64,000 nt of DNA from a virus. A program made the translations under genes and the position numbers. The notes beneath the pieces are model-generated. The model was not told where the DNA came from. It made no database searches and saw nothing but the letters and a program-made list of their open reading frames with translations. The DNA lies in the IMG/VR virus record IMGVR_UViG_3300025010_000005, positions 1-64,000 of that record. One strand, given 5' to 3'. Numbering within the stretch: position 1 is the stretch's first letter; the number at the start of each line of letters is the position of its first letter. Of the stretch, positions 1 through 8,498 are shown one piece after another.

Positions 1-1553
1 CTTCAACAGTTTGTAATCTAGGTAGCATAAATCTAACTCAATATGTTAAATCAGATAGAACATTCGATTTTGTCATGTATCAAGAGGACATTAAGGTTTT
101 CACAAGAATGATGGATAATTTTTGTGATCTAACTTTTTCCCCGTTATCACAATATAATTGGTCTATTAAAAATCTTCGTCAGTTTGGTATTGGAATTAAT
201 GGACTTGGTTCAGTGTTATTCATGCTTGGGTTGAAGTTTGGCGGTAAAGATGCCAACGATTTTGTCGAACACATTTGTTGGTTAAAAGAAGATATTTGCT
301 GGGAAACTTCTGCAAAACTAGCTAAAGAAAAAGGTGTGTTTCCTGCTTACTCTGAAAAATTCTTAGAAACAAATTGGTTTAATCGTTTTACAAATATTAG
401 ACCACACACAAAAACTCTAATTGAAATGTATGGCGTTCGTAATGCAAAAACAACCACAAATCCACCTCTTGGAAATACATCTGTTATGTGTGATAATGTT
501 TCTAATGGTATTGAACCAGTTTTTCAATTAGAATATGAACGCACTTATATTGTTGATTCATGGCCTAGTGGCCTAACATTAGATAACGTAAAATCTCTTT
601 TAATCAAAGAAGAAAAAGGTGGAGAAGATATTTGGATTGGATATTTTGATGGAAAGAAATATTTTTACGATTCAAATAGAGGTCTTTGTAAAATCGAAGT
701 AGTAAGAGATTATGGTTATCAATGGGTTTTAGATAATTTTCCGGAAGATATAGTTGACGAATACAATGATGGAATGGCAGATTATTTAGTTACAACTTCT
801 GATTTAGGAGTAAATGAGCATCTTGATGTTCAACAAATCGTACAACGAAATTTAAATCAAAGTTGTTCAAAAACAGTAAATATTCCGTCAGATTATTCTT
901 TTGAAGATTTCAAAAATCTATATATTTGTGCTTGGGAGCGCGGATTAAACGGTATTACCACTTATAGAGATGGTTCACTCTCTGGTGTTTTAAATAAAAT
1001 TGAAGAGAAAAAAGAGAGAATTATTAAAAAGGATCTCAAACTTCCAGACACATTTATAAACGGCCCAATGAAAATCCTTAATCGTGAAGGCAGTAAATAT
1101 TATATCAATTTTAGCTATCTACCAGAAGATATTAAAATGAAAGAACCTGTGTGTATTTGGATTAACACAAACGATCACGGTGAAGCTGTTGCAATCAATC
1201 CTGCTGTTAAGAAATTAACACTTCTGTTGAAAAAATATGAAATTGATGAGCAATTAATTTTAAAACAATTGGAAAAAATCAAGGGTAATAGGGCAAATCA
1301 TAAGTTAGCAAAAATGGTTTCAATGTGCCTTAGACACGCACTTCCTATTGAGGAAATTGTTTCTTCGTTAGAAGGTCTTGAAGAAGATTATATTTCATCA
1401 TTACTTACAAGTGTTAGAAAATTTCTTGCTTCTCACATTGACGATGGCGTTAAAGTCTTCAACAAAAAATGTTCGTTATGTGGAAGTGAAAATATTGTTT
1501 ATCAATCCGGTTGCAATCTTTGTCAAGACTGTGGAAATAGTGGCTGTGGTTAA
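1..1553 (+). CDS. nrdJ: Class II (B12-dependent) ribonucleotide reductase, 5'-truncated by the window, with C-terminal TSCPD/Zn-ribbon region
   Basis: Frame open from base 3 (STVCNLGSINL); TTNPPLGNTS, SNGIEPVF, SCSKTVN, GITTYRDGS (no class I YY pair); C-terminal CxxC..CxxC..SGCG. Confidence 0.9.
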   Translation, partial: STVCNLGSINLTQYVKSDRTFDFVMYQEDIKVFTRMMDNFCDLTFSPLSQYNWSIKNLRQFGIGINGLGSVLFMLGLKFGGKDANDFVEHICWLKEDICWETSAKLAKEKGVFPAYSEKFLETNWFNRFTNIRPHTKTLIEMYGVRNAKTTTNPPLGNTSVMCDNVSNGIEPVFQLEYERTYIVDSWPSGLTLDNVKSLLIKEEKGGEDIWIGYFDGKKYFYDSNRGLCKIEVVRDYGYQWVLDNFPEDIVDEYNDGMADYLVTTSDLGVNEHLDVQQIVQRNLNQSCSKTVNIPSDYSFEDFKNLYICAWERGLNGITTYRDGSLSGVLNKIEEKKERIIKKDLKLPDTFINGPMKILNREGSKYYINFSYLPEDIKMKEPVCIWINTNDHGEAVAINPAVKKLTLLLKKYEIDEQLILKQLEKIKGNRANHKLAKMVSMCLRHALPIEEIVSSLEGLEEDYISSLLTSVRKFLASHIDDGVKVFNKKCSLCGSENIVYQSGCNLCQDCGNSGCG

Positions 1554-1572
1554 CATATCTTAATAAACACAT

Positions 1573-1602
1573 GTGTCGGGGATTTCCCCGGCACTTTCTT
1601 TT
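1573..1602 (+). terminator. Intrinsic terminator after nrdJ
   Basis: gtgtcgggga-tt-tccccggcac followed by a T-rich tract. Confidence 0.8.
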
Positions 1603-1612
1603 TAAAAACCTC

Positions 1613-1642
1613 TTGACTGTATGGCCTCCGGCCACATGTCAA
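1613..1642. repeat. 30-bp imperfect palindrome, copy 1 (TTGACTGTATGGCC-nnn-GGCCACATGTCAA)
   Basis: 27/30 identical to 19827-19856; only the 3-nt centre differs. Confidence 0.85.
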
Positions 1643-1659
1643 CCGATAAAAATTAGTGG

Positions 1660-1688
1660 TTGACAACTATCCTATTAGATGTTAAGAT
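1660..1688 (+). promoter_or_regulatory. sigma70/sigmaA-type promoter driving the tRNA operon
   Basis: TTGACA-17-TAAGAT with extended TG; near-identical to the promoter at 27656-27684. Confidence 0.8.
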
Positions 1689-1713
1689 GTATAAGTGATC
1701 GAGAGATTAGCAG

Positions 1714-1784
1714 CCTCCTATAGCTCAACGGTAGAGCGTTCGCCTTATAAGCGATTGATTCTGTTTCAACTACAGATGGGAGGA
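1714..1784 (+). tRNA. tRNA-Ile, anticodon UAU, CCA not encoded
   Basis: Acceptor CCTCCTA/TGGGAGG, D arm GCTC-AACGGTA-GAGC, anticodon arm TTCGC-CT TAT AA-GCGAT, T arm TCTGT-TTCAACT-ACAGA. Confidence 0.88.
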
Positions 1785-1810
1785 ATTATTTTTTTTGAAA
1801 GGAGAATTAA

Positions 1811-2116
1811 ATGTCGCGCTCAACTCAGTATATTGGTCTTAATTCTTTTGCAACAGAACTAGTAAAGGGAATGAAAAAGATTCCATTTCCGGGATGCGTT
1901 GGAATGTTCGACGAACCAATTGCGCTAAATATCTTTACATGCGTAAACGAATATGGAAATACAGAAACTTACGCCGAAGTGTTTGATACGGACGTTTGGG
2001 ATTCTGGCCCCATGATTTTCACAAAATTGGTTGATACTTGTAGAGGAATTATTGTAAAAGAGAGCGTTTGGACTAAAGAAGAGTTACAATCAGCTTGCGG
2101 TTTTGAGATTGTGTAA
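1811..2116 (+). CDS. Hypothetical protein
   Basis: AAGGAG RBS, first ORF of a tightly packed operon. Confidence 0.7.
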   Translation: MSRSTQYIGLNSFATELVKGMKKIPFPGCVGMFDEPIALNIFTCVNEYGNTETYAEVFDTDVWDSGPMIFTKLVDTCRGIIVKESVWTKEELQSACGFEIV

Positions 2117-2126
2117 GGAGAATGAA

Positions 2127-2363
2127 GTGATTTCTTTAGAAACTATCGGAACCTTTACTTGGTCTTTTGGACAAACATTTTTTATTGAAACAAACGAAGG
2201 AAATTATGTTTGGAGTGATCCTGATTACGGCGGAGACAATACAATAAGTTTATTTAACGGAAATTATTACGATTGGATTGAACACATTGGAATTCCGTTT
2301 GGCAGAGATAAAGGGTCTCGTTTCATTGGCGAATATTGTGGTAACGAATTAATTTTCGCGTAA
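2127..2363 (+). CDS. Hypothetical protein
   Basis: GTG start after AAGGAG; same frame as ORF 2103..2363. Confidence 0.65.
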   Translation: MISLETIGTFTWSFGQTFFIETNEGNYVWSDPDYGGDNTISLFNGNYYDWIEHIGIPFGRDKGSRFIGEYCGNELIFA

Positions 2364-2372
2364 GGAAGAAAA

Positions 2373-2618
2373 ATGATCGAAGCAATTGTTTTAGTTGACG
2401 GAACAGACAAAGTTATAATGCAAAGAATTTATGATTATCCGCACACACAGAAGTGGGTTCAACATGTAATGGATTTGGTTGAATCTTATATTAGAAAAGA
2501 AAATTTGGCCAATAAAGAAGTATTGCGTATTAAAGTTAACGTAAACAATAATATCAAACAGTTGGAAATCAATCAAGACGTTTTCAGTGAAAACAATATT
2601 GTGTGGAAAGGAAAGTAA
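2373..2618 (+). CDS. Hypothetical protein, tandem paralogue A
   Basis: 81 aa, MIEAI...KGK, aligns with the next ORF. Confidence 0.75.
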   Translation: MIEAIVLVDGTDKVIMQRIYDYPHTQKWVQHVMDLVESYIRKENLANKEVLRIKVNVNNNIKQLEINQDVFSENNIVWKGK

Positions 2619-2864
2619 ATGATTGAAGCAATTGCCTATGTTGGTGAGGATGCAACAAACAATGTTATTCTTCACAGGCTGTATGATGAATATCGTTTAA
2701 ATAGAGAGCAAGTTTTGAATTTAGTTGAATATTACATTCAATCAGAAGGTTTAAATAAAAATTTTGATATTGATGTTAAAGTTAGATTCACGAATACCCC
2801 ATTAAATCTTTCAATAAATGAATCAATCTTTAGCAAAAACAATATTTCTTTGAAAGGAAAGTAA
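2619..2864 (+). CDS. Hypothetical protein, tandem paralogue B
   Basis: 81 aa, MIEAI...KGK; abuts the previous gene (TAAATG). Confidence 0.75.
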   Translation: MIEAIAYVGEDATNNVILHRLYDEYRLNREQVLNLVEYYIQSEGLNKNFDIDVKVRFTNTPLNLSINESIFSKNNISLKGK

Positions 2865-3368
2865 ATGACAGACGCGGCTGGAAGAACAAAGGTAAAGCTG
2901 GACGATGAATTTTACATCGAAACTGATGCAATGAATTTTGTTCTTGTTCGAAAACATACCAGAGAGTCAAAGTCTCATTTGGCAAAAAGTGATGTAATCG
3001 AAGAGACTAATCGAATGTATTTTGCGACTCTTTTTGGACTCTTCAAGGGTTATCGGAATGAAAAGCAAATGACTTCGATTTCAAGCGATCTTTCTGATTT
3101 TATTACGATTGATAATGAAGCAACAGAAGACATTATTAAGGCAATCAAATCTTCTAAGATGTATAAATTAATGGAAGAAGCTGGACTCGCTCACAAGGTT
3201 TTAGAACCAAATGACGAAAAGAAAACAAAGGTTTTAAATCCAGTAAGTCAAGTTAATCCAGTTGTCGATTCCGAAAGAAAGAGAGGTCGTCCAAAGGGTT
3301 CAAAAAATACTATGAAAGTTACAAGACCAGTTAAGGTTACGAAATCGAAAGAGGTAAAGAGAAAATGA
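2865..3368 (+). CDS. Hypothetical protein with AT-hook-like basic tail
   Basis: KRGRPKG motif and Lys-rich C-terminus. Confidence 0.65.
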   Translation: MTDAAGRTKVKLDDEFYIETDAMNFVLVRKHTRESKSHLAKSDVIEETNRMYFATLFGLFKGYRNEKQMTSISSDLSDFITIDNEATEDIIKAIKSSKMYKLMEEAGLAHKVLEPNDEKKTKVLNPVSQVNPVVDSERKRGRPKGSKNTMKVTRPVKVTKSKEVKRK

Positions 3369-3547
3369 GTAAGCATTATGGAATTAGTTTGGCGCTGTCA
3401 ATGTGTACAGAATTTATATTGATTCCAAAATTCAGCAAACCTTCTTTTGGATGTATAACCAATTTTGTCGTAAATTGGGCTTTCTTTGGGTTTGCAATTG
3501 GTTTTACTAAATATGATATACAAACTATTAATATGGAGAAGAATTAA
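3365..3547 (+). CDS. Hypothetical protein
   Basis: ATGA overlap with upstream gene, abuts dut. Confidence 0.55.
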   Translation: MSKHYGISLALSMCTEFILIPKFSKPSFGCITNFVVNWAFFGFAIGFTKYDIQTINMEKN

Positions 3548-3964
3548 GTGCTTAAATTAATTGCTCAAAAAATCAATGATAATGCAACTATTCCAACTTT
3601 TGCACATGACACGGATGCAGCATTTGATCTATATTCCCCGATCAATACAACCATACTTCCTGGTGGTCAAGCAATGATTCCTCTTGGAATTAAGATTAAG
3701 ATTCCACAAGGATTTTATGTTGACTTTCGATCTCGTTCCGGACTTTCGTTTAAGTATCGAATCAGTCATAGGGCCGGTCTAATTGATGAAGATTATACCA
3801 GAGAACTTGGTCTTATTTTAGTTAACGAGGACAACAAACCTTTTCCGATTATGAAGGGTGACAGAATTGCTCAAGCCGTTCTTTGTAAAAAACATAATGT
3901 TGTAATTATTGAAGGAATTGTTGAAGACACTGCTCGTGGTGGGTTTGGAAGTAGCGGGAGATAA
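3548..3964 (+). CDS. dut: Trimeric dUTPase
   Basis: AAFDL, RSRSGL, GLIDEDY, GDRIAQ, RGGFGSSG motifs. Confidence 0.95.
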   Translation: MLKLIAQKINDNATIPTFAHDTDAAFDLYSPINTTILPGGQAMIPLGIKIKIPQGFYVDFRSRSGLSFKYRISHRAGLIDEDYTRELGLILVNEDNKPFPIMKGDRIAQAVLCKKHNVVIIEGIVEDTARGGFGSSGR

Positions 3965-3966
3965 TT

Positions 3967-4041
3967 ATGTTTGAACTTGTTGGCGGTTATGCAATAGGAC
4001 TTCTTATTGGATTTCTTATTATTAAAATTATTATGCTTTAA
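3967..4041 (+). CDS. 24-aa membrane micropeptide
   Basis: MFELVGGYAIGLLIGFLIIKIIML, GGGAG RBS; below ORF-track cutoff. Confidence 0.55.
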   Translation: MFELVGGYAIGLLIGFLIIKIIML

Positions 4042-4053
4042 GTGAGGAAAATT

Positions 4054-4155
4054 GTGAACGAATTTTTAAATCAAACTGTTACAATGGCACATGTTATTGG
4101 TTGGTTAATCGGTTGGGCAATTGGAGTGATTATTATTAGAATTATGGGCATTTGA
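4054..4155 (+). CDS. 33-aa membrane micropeptide
   Basis: MNEFLNQTVTMAHVIGWLIGWAIGVIIIRIMGI, GAGG RBS. Confidence 0.55.
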   Translation: MNEFLNQTVTMAHVIGWLIGWAIGVIIIRIMGI

Positions 4156-4168
4156 ACGAGGATAAAAT

Positions 4169-4381
4169 ATGGTAAAGATTGATGTTTACTTTGAAGAAAA
4201 TAATGAAACAAATAGAATCTTAGAAAAGAAATTTACAGATGAATCTTTAAAAGGAGACAGTAAAGAACAAAAAGATTTAATGAAAGTTGCTATTGATAAT
4301 ATTGAATATTATTTGATGGCAGAGGAAATCTCAAAAGACAAAGTTTATTCGATTAGCGCAACATATGAGGTGGAAAAATGA
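4169..4381 (+). CDS. Hypothetical protein, possible distant paralogue of 2373/2619
   Basis: TNRIL..IEYYL pattern resembles TNNVIL..VEYYI. Confidence 0.6.
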   Translation: MVKIDVYFEENNETNRILEKKFTDESLKGDSKEQKDLMKVAIDNIEYYLMAEEISKDKVYSISATYEVEK

Positions 4382-4527
4382 ATATTACTGGAATTCTTAT
4401 CAATGCTACTCTTGGATTTGCCAACCTATTTTTTGCAATATCAAAAGACGGAAGTAAGATTAATGCTTGGGTTTCAGGATTTTGTCTAGGCTCTGCGTTT
4501 TGCATGTTCGTTTTTGGACTAAAATAA
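4378..4527 (+). CDS. 49-aa two-helix membrane protein
   Basis: ATGA overlap; two hydrophobic stretches. Confidence 0.5.
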   Translation: MNITGILINATLGFANLFFAISKDGSKINAWVSGFCLGSAFCMFVFGLK

Positions 4528-4666
4528 AGGAGAAAATATGCATTACGATGACATAAGTGAGGAAGATTTTATCTACGCTCTAAACAAAAAAACTGAAATA
4601 AGAAAAAAATATAGAGACGAAAATGATAATAGTTTTGTAGGGTTATATGGAATTGAGGAGAATTAA

Positions 4667-5314
4667 GTGCGTGTATCTTTCTTTGGAAGTGTTTTAAGCG
4701 GCAAAACGACTCATGCAGATATTTTGGTTGATAAATATGGATTCACTAAATTATCCTTTGCAACCGAAATCAAAGAAGTTGGAAAAATCATGCTCGGTCG
4801 TGAAATTAACAAAATGACCGATAGATTCTTTTTAATCCAACTTGGAGACGTTATGAGGGGAAAAGGTTCTACACCAGATCTTCATCTTTGGGTTTGCAAA
4901 AATACAAAAATGAAATGTTATTTTGAAGATAATCAACAAAACTTCACTCAACTCTTCTGGTATGCAATGGAAAAACGAAATCTTCAAAACATTCCATTGA
5001 CCGATGACTTCTTTGTTAAGTGGATGGAAACTCAAATTGAAACAAATAGAGATATTGTAGTTGACGACTTGCGTTTTACAAAAGAATATGATATGCTTAA
5101 TACAAATGGATTTAAGTTTATCTATCTCACTTGTCCGAAAAGTGTTATTCATCGAAGAGCAATTCAAAGAGATGGTGGATTTGATATTTCTGTTTACAAC
5201 GAACCTTCCGAAAATATCCACAAGAACTTTGATTACAATTATGGAATCAACACTGATTACAATTTAGATTACACGGCAGATTCAATTGCTGCATTTTTAG
5301 GACTGGAGGGTTAA
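4667..5314 (+). CDS. Deoxynucleoside monophosphate kinase
   Basis: P-loop GSVLSGKT, SFA..K, R..L..LG, VVDDLRF..E. Confidence 0.85.
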   Translation: MRVSFFGSVLSGKTTHADILVDKYGFTKLSFATEIKEVGKIMLGREINKMTDRFFLIQLGDVMRGKGSTPDLHLWVCKNTKMKCYFEDNQQNFTQLFWYAMEKRNLQNIPLTDDFFVKWMETQIETNRDIVVDDLRFTKEYDMLNTNGFKFIYLTCPKSVIHRRAIQRDGGFDISVYNEPSENIHKNFDYNYGINTDYNLDYTADSIAAFLGLEG

Positions 5315-5623
5315 GTGAAGAAATACACTGTATATTCAACAGAAGAAATTTCAAATACACAACAAGTTGTTTTCGTTTGTTATGCCGAAGATGATGAAAT
5401 GTTTGAACGAAAATATATGTCAAAATTCGGCAAGAAACTTGATGGTGTTACGGCTTTGGTTGTTGAGTTGGAGGGTTAGATGCAAGAGTATAGTCTTCTA
5501 GGTATTGACAATGTTAACGAATTGCTTGATATTCTTGACGATGACAACGAAATGTTTAACAATACTGAAATGGAAGATTTTATGTTAGAAGCACTAAAGT
5601 ATACAGATTTTTCGGAGGTGTAA

Positions 5624-6823
5624 TTGTCTGAATCAGAAATTCTAAGTAAAGAAACATTAGTTCGAGCTTTTATTACAAAAGTTTGTTCTTTGAAAACGAT
5701 GCCAGATATTAAGTATGAAGTTGGATTCTTCAATCCACATGAACGAATCTATAAAGTTTTAATTGATCGTAAGAATGATTTGCCGTCTGAAACTTATATT
5801 AAGGAAAAATATAATTTTGAAACTTTATCTACCGATCTTACTTTCACAGATATTATTGGTGAGCTTGATAATTATTACATTAAGGAAAAATTTGCTCAAG
5901 TAATTGAGACTGCAATCACGGAAACCAGAAAAGACACAAACAATATTCTTGAAGTTCTTGATAAGATTAATCAAGAGTTTAATGCAACCAGAAGTGTTAT
6001 CACAAAAACTTTCGATGTTGATTTGAATAAAGATGAAGATAAAATCGTTGAAGAATACATTAAATCTGGCGAAGGTGGAGATAGAATCTTAACTGGATTC
6101 AGTAAGTTTGATGAACATGTAACAGCAAAGACTGGTCAATTAATGCTTCTTTGCGGAGGTAGTGGAAGCGGTAAGTCTTATACTGCCTTACGAATGATGT
6201 CTCATATGATTAAAAATGGCATTCCTTGTAGTTATATGTCACTGGAAATGTCTTTAATTGAAGTAACAAATCGTCTTATTTCGCTTAATGGACTTTATCA
6301 CTTCGCAGATCTCTACAATAATAGGGTCTCACCAGAAAACTATCGTGATGCAGTTAGAAAAGTTAGAAACGCTTCTTGTAATATTGTTACTCGACAGAAT
6401 GAAGGAAAGATTAATCTTCAAACGGTTGAGCGTCACATCATCGACAAAAAACCAAAGGTTTGTTTTATTGATTACATCACATTGCTTGATGGGCTTAATA
6501 TCTCTTGGGAAGCTCCAATTTCGCCAACAGCAGAATTTAAAAGGTTTGCAATGCAAAATGATTGCCTACTTGTTGTTCTTGCTCAGGCCGATACAGAGGC
6601 AAATCGAACTGGTGAAATTCCTAGAATGACAAGTTTAAGAAAGAATAAATCTTGGGCAGATGATTGTGATATTTTCCTTGGAGTTTCAAGCCAAAAGATT
6701 CTTACTGATGATAGTAAACGTAAGATTTCTTATGCTGTTGACAAGAGCCGCAACGGAGGATATAGCGAATGGTCAATGAGAGCAAATTTCGAGACAGGTG
6801 AGTGGTTTGACGATTATGACTAA
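5624..6823 (+). CDS. DnaB-like replicative helicase
   Basis: Walker A GGSGSGKS, SLEM, FIDYITL, LAQ, DKSRNG. Confidence 0.9.
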   Translation: MSESEILSKETLVRAFITKVCSLKTMPDIKYEVGFFNPHERIYKVLIDRKNDLPSETYIKEKYNFETLSTDLTFTDIIGELDNYYIKEKFAQVIETAITETRKDTNNILEVLDKINQEFNATRSVITKTFDVDLNKDEDKIVEEYIKSGEGGDRILTGFSKFDEHVTAKTGQLMLLCGGSGSGKSYTALRMMSHMIKNGIPCSYMSLEMSLIEVTNRLISLNGLYHFADLYNNRVSPENYRDAVRKVRNASCNIVTRQNEGKINLQTVERHIIDKKPKVCFIDYITLLDGLNISWEAPISPTAEFKRFAMQNDCLLVVLAQADTEANRTGEIPRMTSLRKNKSWADDCDIFLGVSSQKILTDDSKRKISYAVDKSRNGGYSEWSMRANFETGEWFDDYD

Positions 6824-6959
6824 AGAAATTTCCTTAACAAATTCAAAAACAAAATTAATAATTGATGATGAAGACTATGAAGAGGTGTCAAAATATAGAT
6901 GGCGCGAAACTAATTTTGAACTAAGAAATGTTTCATTTAGTAGCCAAGTTTATTTTTAA
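6816..6959 (+). pseudogene. N-terminal remnant of an HNH/AP2-type homing endonuclease
   Basis: 47 aa MTKEISLTNSKTKLIIDDEDYEEVSKYRW... then stop; no HNH motif follows. Confidence 0.55.
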
Positions 6960-6968
6960 GGAGTAAAC

Positions 6969-7535
6969 ATGATTTTATCAAAGACGGTAGAAACAACTTG
7001 GTCAACAACAAATAAGTCTCATTATGTTTCTCTTGGATATAAGTTTACATCAATGAAGCAGCCAATTAAGGTCAAGATTAAAGACCTTATGGTAAATTCA
7101 AGGGTTGAAGTTTCAATTGCTTGTGATATTTGCGGAACTAGAACAACTAGAGAATTTGGTGACATTCACGACAATTGCATTTGCAAACCTTGTGCAAAAC
7201 TTCATTCCGCATATAGTGGAGGAATTTATGCTTCGTTAAAAAACAGAAAAGATAATGGAGCGTCTTATGTCGATCTTGTCGGTACAAAAAACCAGAAAAT
7301 TGTTGATTACTCTTTAAATCAAATGGTAAAAAAGAATACCATCTCAAAACATAAACAACATCGGCACTATTTTCTGGTTGACAAAAGTATTCAACGTGAT
7401 ACCGTAAAGAATAATCCAAAAGGTATTGACTGTTGTGCGAAGCACACATGCGGCCATCATAAGATGGTAGACAACTTGATGTTAAAGGCGTATACTTATT
7501 TTGGTGACATGTTAAAAGGAAAGGGAATTATTTGA
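6969..7535 (+). CDS. Zn-finger DNA-binding protein with homing-endonuclease-like N-terminus
   Basis: HYVSLGY..VKIKDL..S...CDICG..CKPC module; no clear nuclease motif. Confidence 0.55.
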   Translation: MILSKTVETTWSTTNKSHYVSLGYKFTSMKQPIKVKIKDLMVNSRVEVSIACDICGTRTTREFGDIHDNCICKPCAKLHSAYSGGIYASLKNRKDNGASYVDLVGTKNQKIVDYSLNQMVKKNTISKHKQHRHYFLVDKSIQRDTVKNNPKGIDCCAKHTCGHHKMVDNLMLKAYTYFGDMLKGKGII

Positions 7536-7536
7536 T

Positions 7537-8460
7537 ATGAAAAATAACACTGATTTAATTCTTGAACTGTTAGATCAGTGTGGAATGTCTGGGAAGCCCA
7601 ACTATAAAGGGGAGATGCCACTTCAATTCTGTTGTTTCCATAATCACAATTTTGGATCACCTTCTTTGCAGATTAATGTGTTTAATGGTGCATATTATTG
7701 TTATAGTTGCCATTGTAAAGGAAATATTCGCAAAATATTTTATGAATATGGAATAGAAAATCCTTTTGATGACAATAAAATTCATGAACATAGTGATTTT
7801 GAAAAAGAACTTGGATTGAGTCTTACAAAATTATTTGATTTGCCAGAGGAGGAAAAGAATCATGCAGACGTGAATGAATTAAAAGATTATCGTTATTATC
7901 ATCCATATCTTCTTGAGCGTGGTTTTTCAAAAGAAATTCTTAAATTAAATAATGTTGGTTTTGATAAAGAAACATGTAGAGTTACAATTCCAATTCATTT
8001 TAATGGAAAGTACCACGGATGCGTTAAAAGAACTGTTATCGATGAATTACCCCGCTATGTTCAACAATGCAATATGCAAAAATCAAGTATATTATATATT
8101 CCAAAGTTGGTCAACGTCAATGATGACAAAAAAATCTTCATTGTTGAAGGGAATTTAGATGCCTTAAAAGTAGCTCAATTCGGAAGCAAAGCCGCTTCAA
8201 TACTTGGTTGTCATATTAGCAAGGTTCAATTAGCGTATCTTGATAAATTAGGCTTGGATATAGTCCTCGCTTTAGATAATGATGAACCGGGAAAAGAAGG
8301 AATTAAAGATGTTTTATCACGCACCAGGAATTTCAACATTAGTGTATTACAATTTCCTAAAGGAGTCAAGGATCTGGGTGACATTAAAACCCAAGAAGAA
8401 TTTGATTCATTGGTTAAAAACAATCTTAAACATCGACTAAAATGGATGATGGAAAATTAA
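7537..8460 (+). CDS. DNA primase (CHC2 Zn finger + TOPRIM)
   Basis: CCFH..CYSC; IVEGNLDA; LALDNDEPG; KDLGD. Confidence 0.92.
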   Translation: MKNNTDLILELLDQCGMSGKPNYKGEMPLQFCCFHNHNFGSPSLQINVFNGAYYCYSCHCKGNIRKIFYEYGIENPFDDNKIHEHSDFEKELGLSLTKLFDLPEEEKNHADVNELKDYRYYHPYLLERGFSKEILKLNNVGFDKETCRVTIPIHFNGKYHGCVKRTVIDELPRYVQQCNMQKSSILYIPKLVNVNDDKKIFIVEGNLDALKVAQFGSKAASILGCHISKVQLAYLDKLGLDIVLALDNDEPGKEGIKDVLSRTRNFNISVLQFPKGVKDLGDIKTQEEFDSLVKNNLKHRLKWMMEN

Positions 8461-8466
8461 GAATTG

Positions 8467-8498
8467 AAAAGCCCCTCATTTGAGGGGCTTTTTGTTTT
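8467..8498. terminator. Bidirectional terminator between convergent primase and fibre genes
   Basis: aaaagcccctca-tt-tgaggggcttttt. Confidence 0.85.
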
